Source of the DNA: Candidatus Gottesmanbacteria bacterium
Lineage (GTDB): Bacteria > Patescibacteriota > Microgenomatia > UBA10105 > UBA927
Reading direction: 5' to 3'
DNA: 64,000 bases
NCBI GenBank assembly: GCA_016214885.1
Contig: JACRMP010000005.1
Span: 70,725-134,724 of the forward strand
The position numbers and the translations under genes are program-made. The notes beneath the pieces are model-generated. The model was not told the origin of the DNA and did no database searches. It was given only the letters and a program-made list of their open reading frames with translations. Of the stretch, positions 20,612 to 30,258 are shown in pieces (position 1 is the first letter of the stretch; each line of letters begins with the position of its first letter).

Positions 20612-22090
20612 TTAAAAATAACCTGATTCAATAAGTGTTTTTCTATCCTGGTCATTGATCCAGGATGGCAACGGGTCTGATCGGGGTGCGATGTCAGGAA
20701 ATCCGCGCTGGAGCTCCCTATAAACACGTAATAATGCCCCCGTTATGACTTTATGCTCATCAGCGATGTTTATTTTTTCCGCTGGGTCACGCTTCAGATC
20801 ATATAGCATGACGGAAGTCTTCCCTTCCGCAATTCCACGGATAAACTTAAATCGGTCGGTTATCACAGCAACTGCACCGTCACTCACGTGCTCTGCAAGC
20901 ACGGCAATATGCCTTACCGGAGAAAACACGCTTATCCCGGAAATAGGAAACGTCGTGCGATTATCCAACACATCATGAATGGTCGGAAAAATATCCACAA
21001 GAGAAACTAGCCGTCCTGATCTCCCTGATCTGCTCTTGGGAACATATACAACAAACGGCACGTGAAGCACCTCATTATAAAGTGTGTTTCCGTGTGAATA
21101 TGAATCATGCTCAAAAAACTCATCCCCCTGGTCGCCCACAATAATAATTGTGGTGTTTTCCATAAAATTTTTCTCGGTGAGGTATGTAAAAAATTTTGTC
21201 AGCTCCTGATCAAGAATATACAGCTGGGCTGAATATAACGCATGTATATATTCCGATTTCTCCTGTTTACCTAAATGGTCAAATTGTTTCCAGTACTCTT
21301 CATTTATGATTGTGTATACATCGTTGTACTCTTCATATGTCTTGTTGCTCATTCCCTGGAATTCGGCTAATTTATCACAGGTATTTCTTGTGTCATTAGG
21401 GTGCCCGTCTCTTAATTCGGGCCGCAGGCTCATGAGCTTGGCATACGTCAGTGCACACAAATCGTCATACGTCATCCGCTTTCGGTCGGTACCCTTATAA
21501 AAACGGGAAAGTGTTTCCTCATCCGGCATATACGGTTCATGCGCCATATAGGTATGCATAAAGAAAAAAGATTTTTTCTTCAGTCTGTCAGGATCAAGCG
21601 CCAATGCATCCAATGTGGCTATCCACGAACCAGGATCATCCGCTTCATAAATTGAAGTAAATCCCCTTTCCATCCCGCGGTCGAGCGGCAAATGCGGATC
21701 TTTTGTAACCCCCAAATAATACGTTTGGTAACCCAAGCCCTTTAATGATTCTGCCAGGGTAGGTATTCCCTCAGGTAAAATACTTGAATACGGGAGATTC
21801 ATGGTGTGTGTCTCCGGGTACAGAGAGGTCATCATAGAAAAGTGACTATCGTGAGTACGCGATGCAGTCGCGTAGGCATTGGTATAGACATGTGATTTTT
21901 TCGCGAATGCACATAAGCCCGGCATGGTGTTCTTGCTATACCCAAAACAGGGAAGGCTTTTGGCGCGCACCTGATCGAGTGAAATCAGCATCACGTTACA
22001 GTCGCGACACATAGGAACTGATTGTCGAAAAGACACAGCAACCGCGGAAATTAGGAATAAAAGCACGATGGTTAGTGCATATCGCAACAT
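20612..22090 (-). CDS. exported sulfatase-like (alkaline phosphatase superfamily) protein
   Basis: NVMLISLDQVR, SHFSMMTSLYP, HEPY, GDQGDEF, LYDLKRDPAE. Confidence 0.85.
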   Translation of the reverse strand: MLRYALTIVLLFLISAVAVSFRQSVPMCRDCNVMLISLDQVRAKSLPCFGYSKNTMPGLCAFAKKSHVYTNAYATASRTHDSHFSMMTSLYPETHTMNLPYSSILPEGIPTLAESLKGLGYQTYYLGVTKDPHLPLDRGMERGFTSIYEADDPGSWIATLDALALDPDRLKKKSFFFMHTYMAHEPYMPDEETLSRFYKGTDRKRMTYDDLCALTYAKLMSLRPELRDGHPNDTRNTCDKLAEFQGMSNKTYEEYNDVYTIINEEYWKQFDHLGKQEKSEYIHALYSAQLYILDQELTKFFTYLTEKNFMENTTIIIVGDQGDEFFEHDSYSHGNTLYNEVLHVPFVVYVPKSRSGRSGRLVSLVDIFPTIHDVLDNRTTFPISGISVFSPVRHIAVLAEHVSDGAVAVITDRFKFIRGIAEGKTSVMLYDLKRDPAEKINIADEHKVITGALLRVYRELQRGFPDIAPRSDPLPSWINDQDRKTLIESGYF

Positions 22091-22185
22091 GGAGTACTAT
22101 TATTTTACGGTCTGTCCCTTCATCAAACAAGATTAGAATACATACTCTTTGTAATGCCGTTTACGTATTTTGATATACTCATCTT

Positions 22186-22548
22186 ATGATGGCACCCAAA
22201 AAGAATATCCGGGATATTCCCGATGAGCTCATCCATAACGCTACCACACACCGGAAGCGGCTTATATCTCACGACGAAACACACAAGGGTGATATCGCGA
22301 CCATGAATCATGCGTGGCTGGAGCCCGGTAAACAGCTTGAATTGCACACACACCCTGACGGAGAAGAGTTTTATTTCTTCCTCGAAGGAACGGGGCAGAT
22401 ACTTGTCGGCACAGAATGGCTACCAGTTGAACCGGGTGACTTTGTCACAATCCCGGTGTCGTTCACCCACAGCCTAAAAAACACGGGGGGTATCAATCTC
22501 ATCTTCCTCACCATACGCACACTTGATCGCATACCTCCCCGGGTATAG
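22186..22548 (+). CDS. cupin domain protein
   Basis: HTHPDGEEFYFFLEGTG and PGDFVTIP..THSLKN. Confidence 0.9.
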   Translation: MMAPKKNIRDIPDELIHNATTHRKRLISHDETHKGDIATMNHAWLEPGKQLELHTHPDGEEFYFFLEGTGQILVGTEWLPVEPGDFVTIPVSFTHSLKNTGGINLIFLTIRTLDRIPPRV

Positions 22549-22562
22549 TGTAAAAAAACCTA

Positions 22563-22591
22563 TTGCACACCGTCGCAAGACTTGGTAAAGT
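22563..22591 (+). promoter_or_regulatory. sigma70-type promoter for the leader/FTR1 transcript
   Basis: TTGCAC-17 nt-TAAAGT. Confidence 0.6.
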
Positions 22592-22598
22592 AGGTCAC

Positions 22599-22703
22599 AT
22601 GACGACACTGTTTTTTTCGTAACGGGAGCGTATATATCGGAGGATCTCTCCCGTCCTCCATACAGCATAAACGGCCTTATCAGTAAGGGTCGTTTTTTTA
22701 TGC
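22599..22703 (+). promoter_or_regulatory. putative attenuator: 7-aa leader ORF (MTTLFFS), alternative stems and terminator-like hairpin
   Basis: ATG 7 nt after -10; ACGGGAG/CTCCCGT versus GGAGGA/TCCTCC; AAACGGCC/GGTCGTTT stem running into T7. Confidence 0.55.
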
Positions 22704-22719
22704 AAAAAAGGGAGGAACT

Positions 22720-23550
22720 ATGATCGCCGCATTTCTCATCACGCTCCGGGAAGTCATAGAAGCGTCACTCATCGTGGCCACCATATTAGGAATTCTTATC
22801 AAACTCCGTCAGCACCGGAGTGTCCGCGCGGTCTGGCTCGCAACAGGACTTGCTGCCCTGCTCAGTGTGGTACTTCTGGGGATAGGGAGCCTGTTCGGTA
22901 TCAAAATCCAGGAAATTTACTCAGGTAAAACCGAGGAATTTATTGAAGGAGTTTTTATGGTGGCTTCTGCAGCATTTATCACCTGGGCGGTATTTTTCCT
23001 GCATAAATATTTTGCCAGCTACAAAACCCGATTAATAGTCAAAATAAGCGAAACGCTGAAACAGGAAGAACAAAAAGGGATCTTCTGGCTCGCATTCACC
23101 GCCGTGTTCAGAGAGGGTTTTGAAATAGTTCTTTTTCTTTCGACGATTTTCTTTTCCTCCAACCCGAAGGATATTTTTACCGGATTTGCGGGAGGATTAA
23201 CAGGCGGCCTCCTTATTTCTGCAGGACTATTTGCCGCAACGATCCGTCTCCCCGTTCTCCTTGCGTTCCGGGCAACGAGCCTGCTGCTTATTTTCTTTGC
23301 CGCCGGGTTATTTGCCCGCGGTGTCCATGAATTTGCGGAGGCAGGTATTCTCCCGGAATTAACAAGCATAACCCTGCACTTTCTGCCTGCTAAAACATCG
23401 ATAGCCGGCGACATGATCAAGGCTATTTTCGGTCTCACCCGGTCAATGGACATCGCCCAGCTTACTGTATATACGGGCTATGTGGCCTTTATGGTCTGGT
23501 GGGTGTTTGTCCGAAAAGGCAAAATGGCGCCCTCCGAAGTTGCGGAATAA
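22720..23550 (+). CDS. FTR1/EfeU-family iron permease
   Basis: Two REXXE motifs (LREVIE, FREGFE); about 7 TM; SD GGAGG. Confidence 0.92.
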   Translation: MIAAFLITLREVIEASLIVATILGILIKLRQHRSVRAVWLATGLAALLSVVLLGIGSLFGIKIQEIYSGKTEEFIEGVFMVASAAFITWAVFFLHKYFASYKTRLIVKISETLKQEEQKGIFWLAFTAVFREGFEIVLFLSTIFFSSNPKDIFTGFAGGLTGGLLISAGLFAATIRLPVLLAFRATSLLLIFFAAGLFARGVHEFAEAGILPELTSITLHFLPAKTSIAGDMIKAIFGLTRSMDIAQLTVYTGYVAFMVWWVFVRKGKMAPSEVAE

Positions 23551-23647
23551 CCCCAAAATCTGGTATACTGCCGTGTATTGTCAATCGCAGTGTGTAAGGT
23601 AGATGCCTCGTGTGCTCGTGCCCGTCACCCCGTTTTTGACCTCAATT

Positions 23648-25483
23648 ATGGACCAGGACATCCGAAATATCGCGATTATCGCCCACGTGGACCACGGCAA
23701 AACCACGCTTGTCGACGGCATGCTGAAACAAACCCACACGTTCCGGGATAATCAGGCGGAAATGCAGGCAACAACCATTCTGGACAGCAACGATCTGGAA
23801 CGGGAAAAGGGAATCACCATACTTGCCAAAAATACTTCGGTTTTTTACAAGTCAACAAAGATAAATATTGTCGACACACCGGGACATGCGGACTTTTCCG
23901 GAGAAGTGGAACGGGTCATCAACATGGCCGACGGAGCCCTTCTTATCGTAGATGCCGCCGAAGGACCCCTGCCCCAGACACATTTTGTATTGCAGAAAGC
24001 CATGGAACACAATCTCACCGTTATTGTGGTCATCAATAAAATCGACCGCAAGGATGCCAGACCCAAAGAAGTGCTTAATGAAGTTGAAGAATTATTTCTC
24101 CATCTTGCCCACCATGAAGGCCACCTGAACTTTCCGGTGCTGTATGCCGTAGGCCGCCAGGAAAAAGTCTGGGATCATCTGCCGGAAAACCCTGATGAAC
24201 CGGCGAACCTGATTCCGCTGTTTGAGGCAATCGTAAAGCACATTCCGCAGCCTACCGGAGATCATGAAAAACCATTTAAAATGCTGGTGACTACCCTTGA
24301 TTTTGACAGCCACAAAGGAAAATTTGCCATCGGTAAAGTCAGTCAGGGTCATGTCGCAAAAGGCGACTCACTTGTTATTCTTGATGAAAACAGCAAACGC
24401 GGTGCATTCCGCGTCGAAAATGTGTTTACCAGTGAAGGCTTAAAACGGGTTCCGGCGGAAATTGGCAAAACCGGCGATATTATCGCGATTACCGGCACAA
24501 GTGATATATCCATCGGTCAAACAATAGCAGACCCGGCTGATCCCACTGGATTCCCCAAGATACAAATTGAGGAACCGACACTCAAAGTGCTCGTGGGACC
24601 GAACACCTCTCCTTTTGCCGGAAAAGAATCAAAATTCGGCACGCCGACACAACTGGCAGATCGCTTAACCCGTGAGTTGCAGACAAATATCGGACTGAAA
24701 ATCGAACCGAGCCCGACGAGCAATGGCTTTCTGGTCTCCGGCCGCGGCGAACTGCATATTGCGGTACTTCTGGAAACCATGCGCCGGGAAGGATTTGAGT
24801 GTCAGGTAGGTAAACCCCAGGTAATCGTTAAAGAAATCGATGGGGTAACTCATGAACCATACGAAGAACTCACGATAGAACTCGACTCAGCGCTCGTAGG
24901 CATCATTACCGAAGAAATGGGCAAACGCCACGGAGAAATGCTGGATACCCACACCAATGACCGCGGTGTCACCAAAATGGTGTATAAAATTTCAACCAGA
25001 AATCTGTTGGGGTTCAGGGGTGATATTATGACCAAAACCCGCGGAAGCGGTATTATCGCGACCAGGATCATCGGCTATTTCCCGGTAACCCCCAAAAAAG
25101 CCAAAGCAAGAAACGGCGTTCTGATCTCGATGGAATCGGGAAAATCAACAGGCTACGCACTCACTACCGTACAGGAACGGGGTCGCGCTCTTATCGGTCC
25201 GGGAGTTCCCGTTTATGAAGGTATGATCATCGGCATCAACAACAGAAGCGAGGATATCGATATGAATGCCTGCAGATCAAAACGCCTTACCAACATCCAC
25301 TCGGCTAACGCGGATGTAGCCATCCAGCTGGATCCCCCGCTTGAGATGAGTTTAGAACAGGCGCTCGACTTTATTGAGGATGACGAGCTATTGGAAATAA
25401 CCCCTCTTACACTCAGACTTCGAAAGATTCATCTTTCCAAGGTAAACCGTGTCCGCGCTTCCCGCGGTGCTGATCCGGTATAA
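23648..25483 (+). CDS. typA: translational GTPase TypA/BipA
   Basis: IRNIAIIAHVDHGKTTLVD, DTPGHADF, NKID, GRGELH, LEQALDFIEDDELLEITP. Confidence 0.97.
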   Translation: MDQDIRNIAIIAHVDHGKTTLVDGMLKQTHTFRDNQAEMQATTILDSNDLEREKGITILAKNTSVFYKSTKINIVDTPGHADFSGEVERVINMADGALLIVDAAEGPLPQTHFVLQKAMEHNLTVIVVINKIDRKDARPKEVLNEVEELFLHLAHHEGHLNFPVLYAVGRQEKVWDHLPENPDEPANLIPLFEAIVKHIPQPTGDHEKPFKMLVTTLDFDSHKGKFAIGKVSQGHVAKGDSLVILDENSKRGAFRVENVFTSEGLKRVPAEIGKTGDIIAITGTSDISIGQTIADPADPTGFPKIQIEEPTLKVLVGPNTSPFAGKESKFGTPTQLADRLTRELQTNIGLKIEPSPTSNGFLVSGRGELHIAVLLETMRREGFECQVGKPQVIVKEIDGVTHEPYEELTIELDSALVGIITEEMGKRHGEMLDTHTNDRGVTKMVYKISTRNLLGFRGDIMTKTRGSGIIATRIIGYFPVTPKKAKARNGVLISMESGKSTGYALTTVQERGRALIGPGVPVYEGMIIGINNRSEDIDMNACRSKRLTNIHSANADVAIQLDPPLEMSLEQALDFIEDDELLEITPLTLRLRKIHLSKVNRVRASRGADPV

Positions 25484-25557
25484 CCCCATTTCTACTTACC
25501 AGATATTCATCTTTCCCGCAAAAACAACGGGGTGTTTTCTCTTTTTAATCCGAAACT

Positions 25558-25589
25558 ACCAAAAACCCCGCTTTCGCGGGGCTTTTGGT
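25558..25589. terminator. bidirectional intrinsic terminator between typA and pilA
   Basis: A5-CCCCGC-TTTC-GCGGGG-CT4 between convergent genes. Confidence 0.75.
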
Positions 25590-25609
25590 TAATACTACTC
25601 GGTTTCCTA

Positions 25610-26074
25610 TTACCTGGTTACCGTGATAACCGCTGCGTTATCCGTTGTCGGCGCACTTACCGTTATACGGTTCTGTGCATCTCGGGATATCTGGTATCCC
25701 GTATTACCCCATGCACCTGCATTTGCGGTACAGTCAGTAATATTTGCCGTATTCAGCGACGGATCCGTCGGCAATGCCGGCAGGTAGTTCGTCACCAGCT
25801 GCCCGCACAAATTCGGGAAGTTGGTCGCATTAAACAGCGTTGCTGTTCCTGCGGTCAAACCGCTTACTTCTGCAGGCAACTGACCCTGATTTTCAGCTAC
25901 ATACTGATGAATGGCATTTAATACCTGCAGTACATCGCTGCGGCGTTTGGTGTTATTTGCCTGTCCGAATTGCCGGGCAGGATTAATGGCAATAAGCGTA
26001 ATGGCTAATAATATCGCGAGGATACCAATGACCACCAACAGCTCAATGAGCGTAAAACCTTTTTTATTTTTCAT
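25610..26074 (-). CDS. pilA: type IV major pilin
   Basis: Prepilin motif KKG|FTLIELLVVIGIL; own promoter, SD and terminator. Confidence 0.85.
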   Translation of the reverse strand: MKNKKGFTLIELLVVIGILAILLAITLIAINPARQFGQANNTKRRSDVLQVLNAIHQYVAENQGQLPAEVSGLTAGTATLFNATNFPNLCGQLVTNYLPALPTDPSLNTANITDCTANAGAWGNTGYQISRDAQNRITVSAPTTDNAAVITVTR

Positions 26075-26115
26075 AGGCAGGTCCCCTCCCAAGGACATGA
26101 AACTTATGTACATTC

Positions 26116-26145
26116 AGCATAGGGGAAAATTCGTATCTTTGTCAA
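26116..26145 (-). promoter_or_regulatory. sigma70 promoter of pilA
   Basis: TTGACA-18 nt-TATGCT on minus strand. Confidence 0.65.
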
Positions 26146-26166
26146 GAACAGTGAAGGCGGTGATCG

Positions 26167-26826
26167 TTATCCGCGGATAAAAAACCAATACATAGTAAGC
26201 GCGTAGAGCAGCGCCGCGCCACCAAATACTATCCACCCCCACGGCGTCTTCTTAGGAGCTTTCCCTTTTGGCGCGGTTACCGCCACAACCGCTCCTTGTT
26301 TCTCCGTCACAAACGGAAACGCGCTGAGGCGTAATGCGGATGATCCGTCAAAAACACGCTTAACCGTTGCGTTATCCACTTCCCCTTTCGTCAATCCCAA
26401 CTGTACCAGCGCTGACCAGGGAACAACGAGTGCAACCGGATGCTGTTGGGAAGCCAGCGAACGGGAAATTGATTCGTAATAATCCTGATTGGTGGCAATA
26501 AGGTATGACTGATCATGTGCAGTTATACATGCCGTGACAACATGGGCAAATGGGGTTGTGCTGATAAGCTTCGCTTCCGCCTCTTCTCGTTTCCCTTCTT
26601 CGAAGGGCTGTATAAAACACAATTCGTCACTCAACACCACGATAGTGGATACAACAGCATTGGGCTGAACCGGTACGAGTTTTTTGACGGAAAGCAACAG
26701 TTCTTCGTCATTCACTACTTCCATATCCGACACTGCGGATTTGGCTATACTCCCCCCGACGGGGTTTGGCCGATCACTGTAATACACATATATTGTTTCC
26801 GGTCGTACTATTGCCAGGGCAGACAT
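26167..26826 (-). CDS. hypothetical protein with C-terminal TM (possibly PilM/GspL-like)
   Basis: Last gene of the minor-pilin run; soluble domain plus C-terminal anchor. Confidence 0.6.
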   Translation of the reverse strand: MSALAIVRPETIYVYYSDRPNPVGGSIAKSAVSDMEVVNDEELLLSVKKLVPVQPNAVVSTIVVLSDELCFIQPFEEGKREEAEAKLISTTPFAHVVTACITAHDQSYLIATNQDYYESISRSLASQQHPVALVVPWSALVQLGLTKGEVDNATVKRVFDGSSALRLSAFPFVTEKQGAVVAVTAPKGKAPKKTPWGWIVFGGAALLYALTMYWFFIRG

Positions 26827-26831
26827 ATTGA

Positions 26832-27230
26832 TTAATCCTCAGGGAGTTCCCGCCAAGAATCGGTTATTAGCTCTCCACCATTATAATGCACTTTCACCTC
26901 AACCTGCTTTTGAACAGTGCCATACGATCCTGTCGACACTATCGTAATACCTGAGCTGGTGCTCACGGTTATCAGCGCGGACTGATCACTGGTTATTGTG
27001 ATTAATTCACCGGCATAAGCAGGATTACGCACCAACCGCAGCAATGCATTTTCGGCGCCGCTTTCCGCTGCTGAGTAGGCAAGCGAGCCAGCCTCAAACA
27101 TCGTTGTTGATTGGGTGTTGCCGATCAGGGCATAAATAGCCCCGGTAGTCACCAGAATACCGATCACCATGACATACAGCATGGCGATGAGCACTTGACC
27201 GGAACTATGCTGTGATCTGTTTGTAAACAT
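26832..27230 (-). CDS. PilX-like minor pilin
   Basis: SG|QVLIAML lacking E5; AYSAAESGAENAL PilX N-terminal motif. Confidence 0.8.
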   Translation of the reverse strand: MFTNRSQHSSGQVLIAMLYVMVIGILVTTGAIYALIGNTQSTTMFEAGSLAYSAAESGAENALLRLVRNPAYAGELITITSDQSALITVSTSSGITIVSTGSYGTVQKQVEVKVHYNGGELITDSWRELPED

Positions 27231-27231
27231 A

Positions 27232-27738
27232 TTATCGCTGACTAACTGTTGTCTGCATATTGAGCGTTTGCTGACCAGCTTCTACATCAGAATTGCCCGT
27301 CAAACCCAACTGAATGGACAGTGTGTCGGCGGCATCTTCAAGCACTGCTGAATTTCCGATCCGGGTCAATAAGAACTGTGTTATCACTGACCGGTTGCTA
27401 TTCAGTTGTGTGCTGCTACCCGCGGAGGAAACCGTTATGCTCTGCCCGTCCCAGACATATTGATACGTTTGCGGCACGCCCGCTTCATTGATAACAAGCA
27501 TCATGGAATCACTTGCCACTCCCAGTGCAGGGGAAAGAATAATATCGGATCTTTTAATGTCATAATGCAGCCGCGACATGATAAACCGACCATCCTGCTG
27601 AACCCCTGATGTATTGGCTGATTCGACCCTGAGACCCACGATTGCCAGAAATACCTGGCTCATGAGCCCGATAAGCACGCTGGTTAATCCCATGTAAAGA
27701 AGTAGCTCGATAAGTGAAAATCCGTTTTGTTGTCTCAT
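27232..27738 (-). CDS. PilW-like minor pilin
   Basis: NG|FSLIELLLYM; RFIMSRLHYDIK. Confidence 0.8.
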   Translation of the reverse strand: MRQQNGFSLIELLLYMGLTSVLIGLMSQVFLAIVGLRVESANTSGVQQDGRFIMSRLHYDIKRSDIILSPALGVASDSMMLVINEAGVPQTYQYVWDGQSITVSSAGSSTQLNSNRSVITQFLLTRIGNSAVLEDAADTLSIQLGLTGNSDVEAGQQTLNMQTTVSQR

Positions 27739-29741
27739 GGTGATAAGGCAATGCTGACATCATTAAGAATTGGCGTCAGTGTGGCATCCCCGGTGGTCAA
27801 TTGCGCCCGATAACGGAAACACCGCGCGGGATTCTCATAACCTGTCCCGTCACCGGAAAATGGCAAAGCCCCAGATATACTCACGCCGTCTGAAGAAACA
27901 TACGATGTACCGGCTGTCCCGTCTGGTCCGACATATATATAGGAGGCCCCAGCACAACTGCCGCCAACCGCGTCCGCAGCCGCAAACTGCAAAGTCACGC
28001 TCGACTGTGCTGAGGGCACGGAAATCGACGCCTCAATGCGGTTAAACGCTACCTCGGAGCTTCCGGTCGCGATAAGTGTCGCATCAAATATTTGCGACTC
28101 AAAAACGCCCGTCAGAAAATAGTCTCTGCCGTTTGCCCCCGGTCCTCCTTCAATAATTTTAAGCTCACTCGATGCATCACCGGTGATGATGTATGAATAT
28201 GCCCGACCGCTTGACGCAAGCACCGTATCAATACCGTTTACCCCCGAATTTATCTCTATCCCGCCGCACCGCGGCAGCGGGTTTGCTGTTTCACTAGTTA
28301 TATCGACTACCTGATATTCCTCGCCACCCAAACCCACAATAATGGCCCGCGGCCCGGATACCACAACCAAACCTTTTGGATTCATGCTGCCCGTATCATA
28401 AGAACCCAGCACTTGTTTATAACCGGCAGCACCCGATTCAGTGTTCACGATAAAAAATTCACGCTGTGCACTTGACTGCTCAGTAGCGACATACGCCCTC
28501 GTACCGCTGGCGTTTATGTATATAGCTTTCCCACCGCTCGCAGACAAACCTATTTGGTCGACAATACGCAGGTCGGAAGGATTACTCACATCAACAATCA
28601 CCACCTGTGCATTCGTGGCGCTCGTTGCCACAAATGCCCTGCCTCCTGAAACTACAATGCTTTTTCCTGTCCCGGGAAGGGTTATCCCGTCAGCATCAAG
28701 CACGGAACGCGACCCTGTTTTTGAGGAAAGATCAAACGAATACATTTTCGTCCCACCGACCATATACCCAACTGATCCTGCGGTTACCACTCCCTCAGCA
28801 TTCCCGTTTCCTGGAGCATTAAAGTACCCGGCTTCGGCAAACTTACCGGATCCGTCAACGGCACCCAATGCAATAATCTCAACCTCTTTCGTGTTGGTAT
28901 CGGTCGCAAGATAGGCATATTCGGCTTCGGTAAATACATCATTCGTTTTATATCCGTCAAAAGTCCCGGATGTCGTAGCAATAGGATTGGTCGGAAATTC
29001 GGGATCAGTAATCAGGACGTTTGCATACGATACTCCGCTTGCATTATCCCCGGTTCCTGCGGCAATTGCCCCTTGAATTGCGCTGATTGCGTTGGCTACC
29101 CCGCTTTTCGGTAAATCTACCGCTGTAATGGTAAGCGACGGCTGGCACCAATCCCCGTAGCCTCCCGTTGAACCCAATACCACTTCTCCGCCGGCTAAAT
29201 TTATTACCCTCGTGTGCTGCGTCGCATCTCCGTTAAGAAAATTCTGTTCGGTCGTATCTACATGGATAATATTATTGTGACGGGTAAGTATGACCACTGA
29301 CGAAATTGACGTCGGAAGCGGGGTTGTCCATGATACGCGGATTGTTGCACGCCGTGTCGATGGATCAGTAATCCCGCCTGAGCTTACGATATTTCCTGAA
29401 ATATCCCGTTGCACAGGGGAAAATTCAATAACACGGGTAAACCGGTCAATTGTTTCGGTTCCATTGGCAAGAGTCCACCGCGCATTAACCACTGCAGGAT
29501 GGTAGACCGTGTTATTTGCATACAAGGCAAACTGGCTCCACCCCGTCTCGCGGATACTCCGTAGTGCCTCCTGCGCCTCGACAAGCAGTGTTGTTGCACG
29601 GGTTCGCTCAATCTGCTGCGCTTTCCCCTCCCGTGATACAAAGAACATGGTAAACAGCGCAGGAAAAAAAATAAGGGCAAATCCCATGGCGAGCAGCAGT
29701 TCAATGATCGTTTGTCCTCTTTGCAGCTTCATAGTATTCAC
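27735..29741 (-). CDS. large modular minor pilin (PilV-like N-terminus plus beta-propeller/LVIVD-like repeats), candidate tip adhesin
   Basis: RG|QTIIELLLA; repeated AY(L/V)AT and VVIVDVSNP-type blades. Confidence 0.75.
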   Translation of the reverse strand: MNTMKLQRGQTIIELLLAMGFALIFFPALFTMFFVSREGKAQQIERTRATTLLVEAQEALRSIRETGWSQFALYANNTVYHPAVVNARWTLANGTETIDRFTRVIEFSPVQRDISGNIVSSGGITDPSTRRATIRVSWTTPLPTSISSVVILTRHNNIIHVDTTEQNFLNGDATQHTRVINLAGGEVVLGSTGGYGDWCQPSLTITAVDLPKSGVANAISAIQGAIAAGTGDNASGVSYANVLITDPEFPTNPIATTSGTFDGYKTNDVFTEAEYAYLATDTNTKEVEIIALGAVDGSGKFAEAGYFNAPGNGNAEGVVTAGSVGYMVGGTKMYSFDLSSKTGSRSVLDADGITLPGTGKSIVVSGGRAFVATSATNAQVVIVDVSNPSDLRIVDQIGLSASGGKAIYINASGTRAYVATEQSSAQREFFIVNTESGAAGYKQVLGSYDTGSMNPKGLVVVSGPRAIIVGLGGEEYQVVDITSETANPLPRCGGIEINSGVNGIDTVLASSGRAYSYIITGDASSELKIIEGGPGANGRDYFLTGVFESQIFDATLIATGSSEVAFNRIEASISVPSAQSSVTLQFAAADAVGGSCAGASYIYVGPDGTAGTSYVSSDGVSISGALPFSGDGTGYENPARCFRYRAQLTTGDATLTPILNDVSIALSP

Positions 29742-30250
29742 TCGCGGACTACCGATAACGCACCCGCTTCGTTTATCCGTATGGTCACCCTACTGCCCGT
29801 TTCCGTATCGGACAACTCAACATAATCTGCTCCTGTGATAAATCCTCTCATTTTTCCGCTGCTCCTGGCATACGTAATCGCCTGATCTGGCACGGCAATA
29901 ACAGTAAATCGCATGGTAGGATCAAGCAGCACCTCCTGATTCTGACTGTTTCCCATGTCATACACAGCCCCCGGATACAAAATATACCGGTCGGTTTCAA
30001 ACCGAACGGAATAATCCACTACCGATCCTGACGGAGAAACCAACCCGTTTATCGCCCGCGCCTGTTGCGTGTTAAGGTCGCGCATGACGCTGCTGGATAC
30101 CTGATCAAGAGTGGCACTTCTTATCCCGCCGAACAGCGACTGTGTAGACAACATAAACATTATGGCCATAATGGTTCCCACGATAATCACCTCAACCAGG
30201 GTAAATCCATCGGTATAACGACGTCTTGCATGGCTATCTGTTCGCCGCAT
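29738..30250 (-). CDS. FimT/GspH-like minor pilin
   Basis: DG|FTLVEVIIV; 4-nt overlap with the next gene. Confidence 0.8.
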   Translation of the reverse strand: MRRTDSHARRRYTDGFTLVEVIIVGTIMAIMFMLSTQSLFGGIRSATLDQVSSSVMRDLNTQQARAINGLVSPSGSVVDYSVRFETDRYILYPGAVYDMGNSQNQEVLLDPTMRFTVIAVPDQAITYARSSGKMRGFITGADYVELSDTETGSRVTIRINEAGALSVVRE

Positions 30251-30258
30251 ATCTATAT

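Noticed and set aside
24998-25018. Reassignment of AGA/AGG to serine suggested by tRNA-Ser(ACU)
   Set aside because: In typA, AGA and AGG occupy the conserved Arg positions of the (S/T)RxLxG(F/Y)R motif, so AGR still encodes Arg
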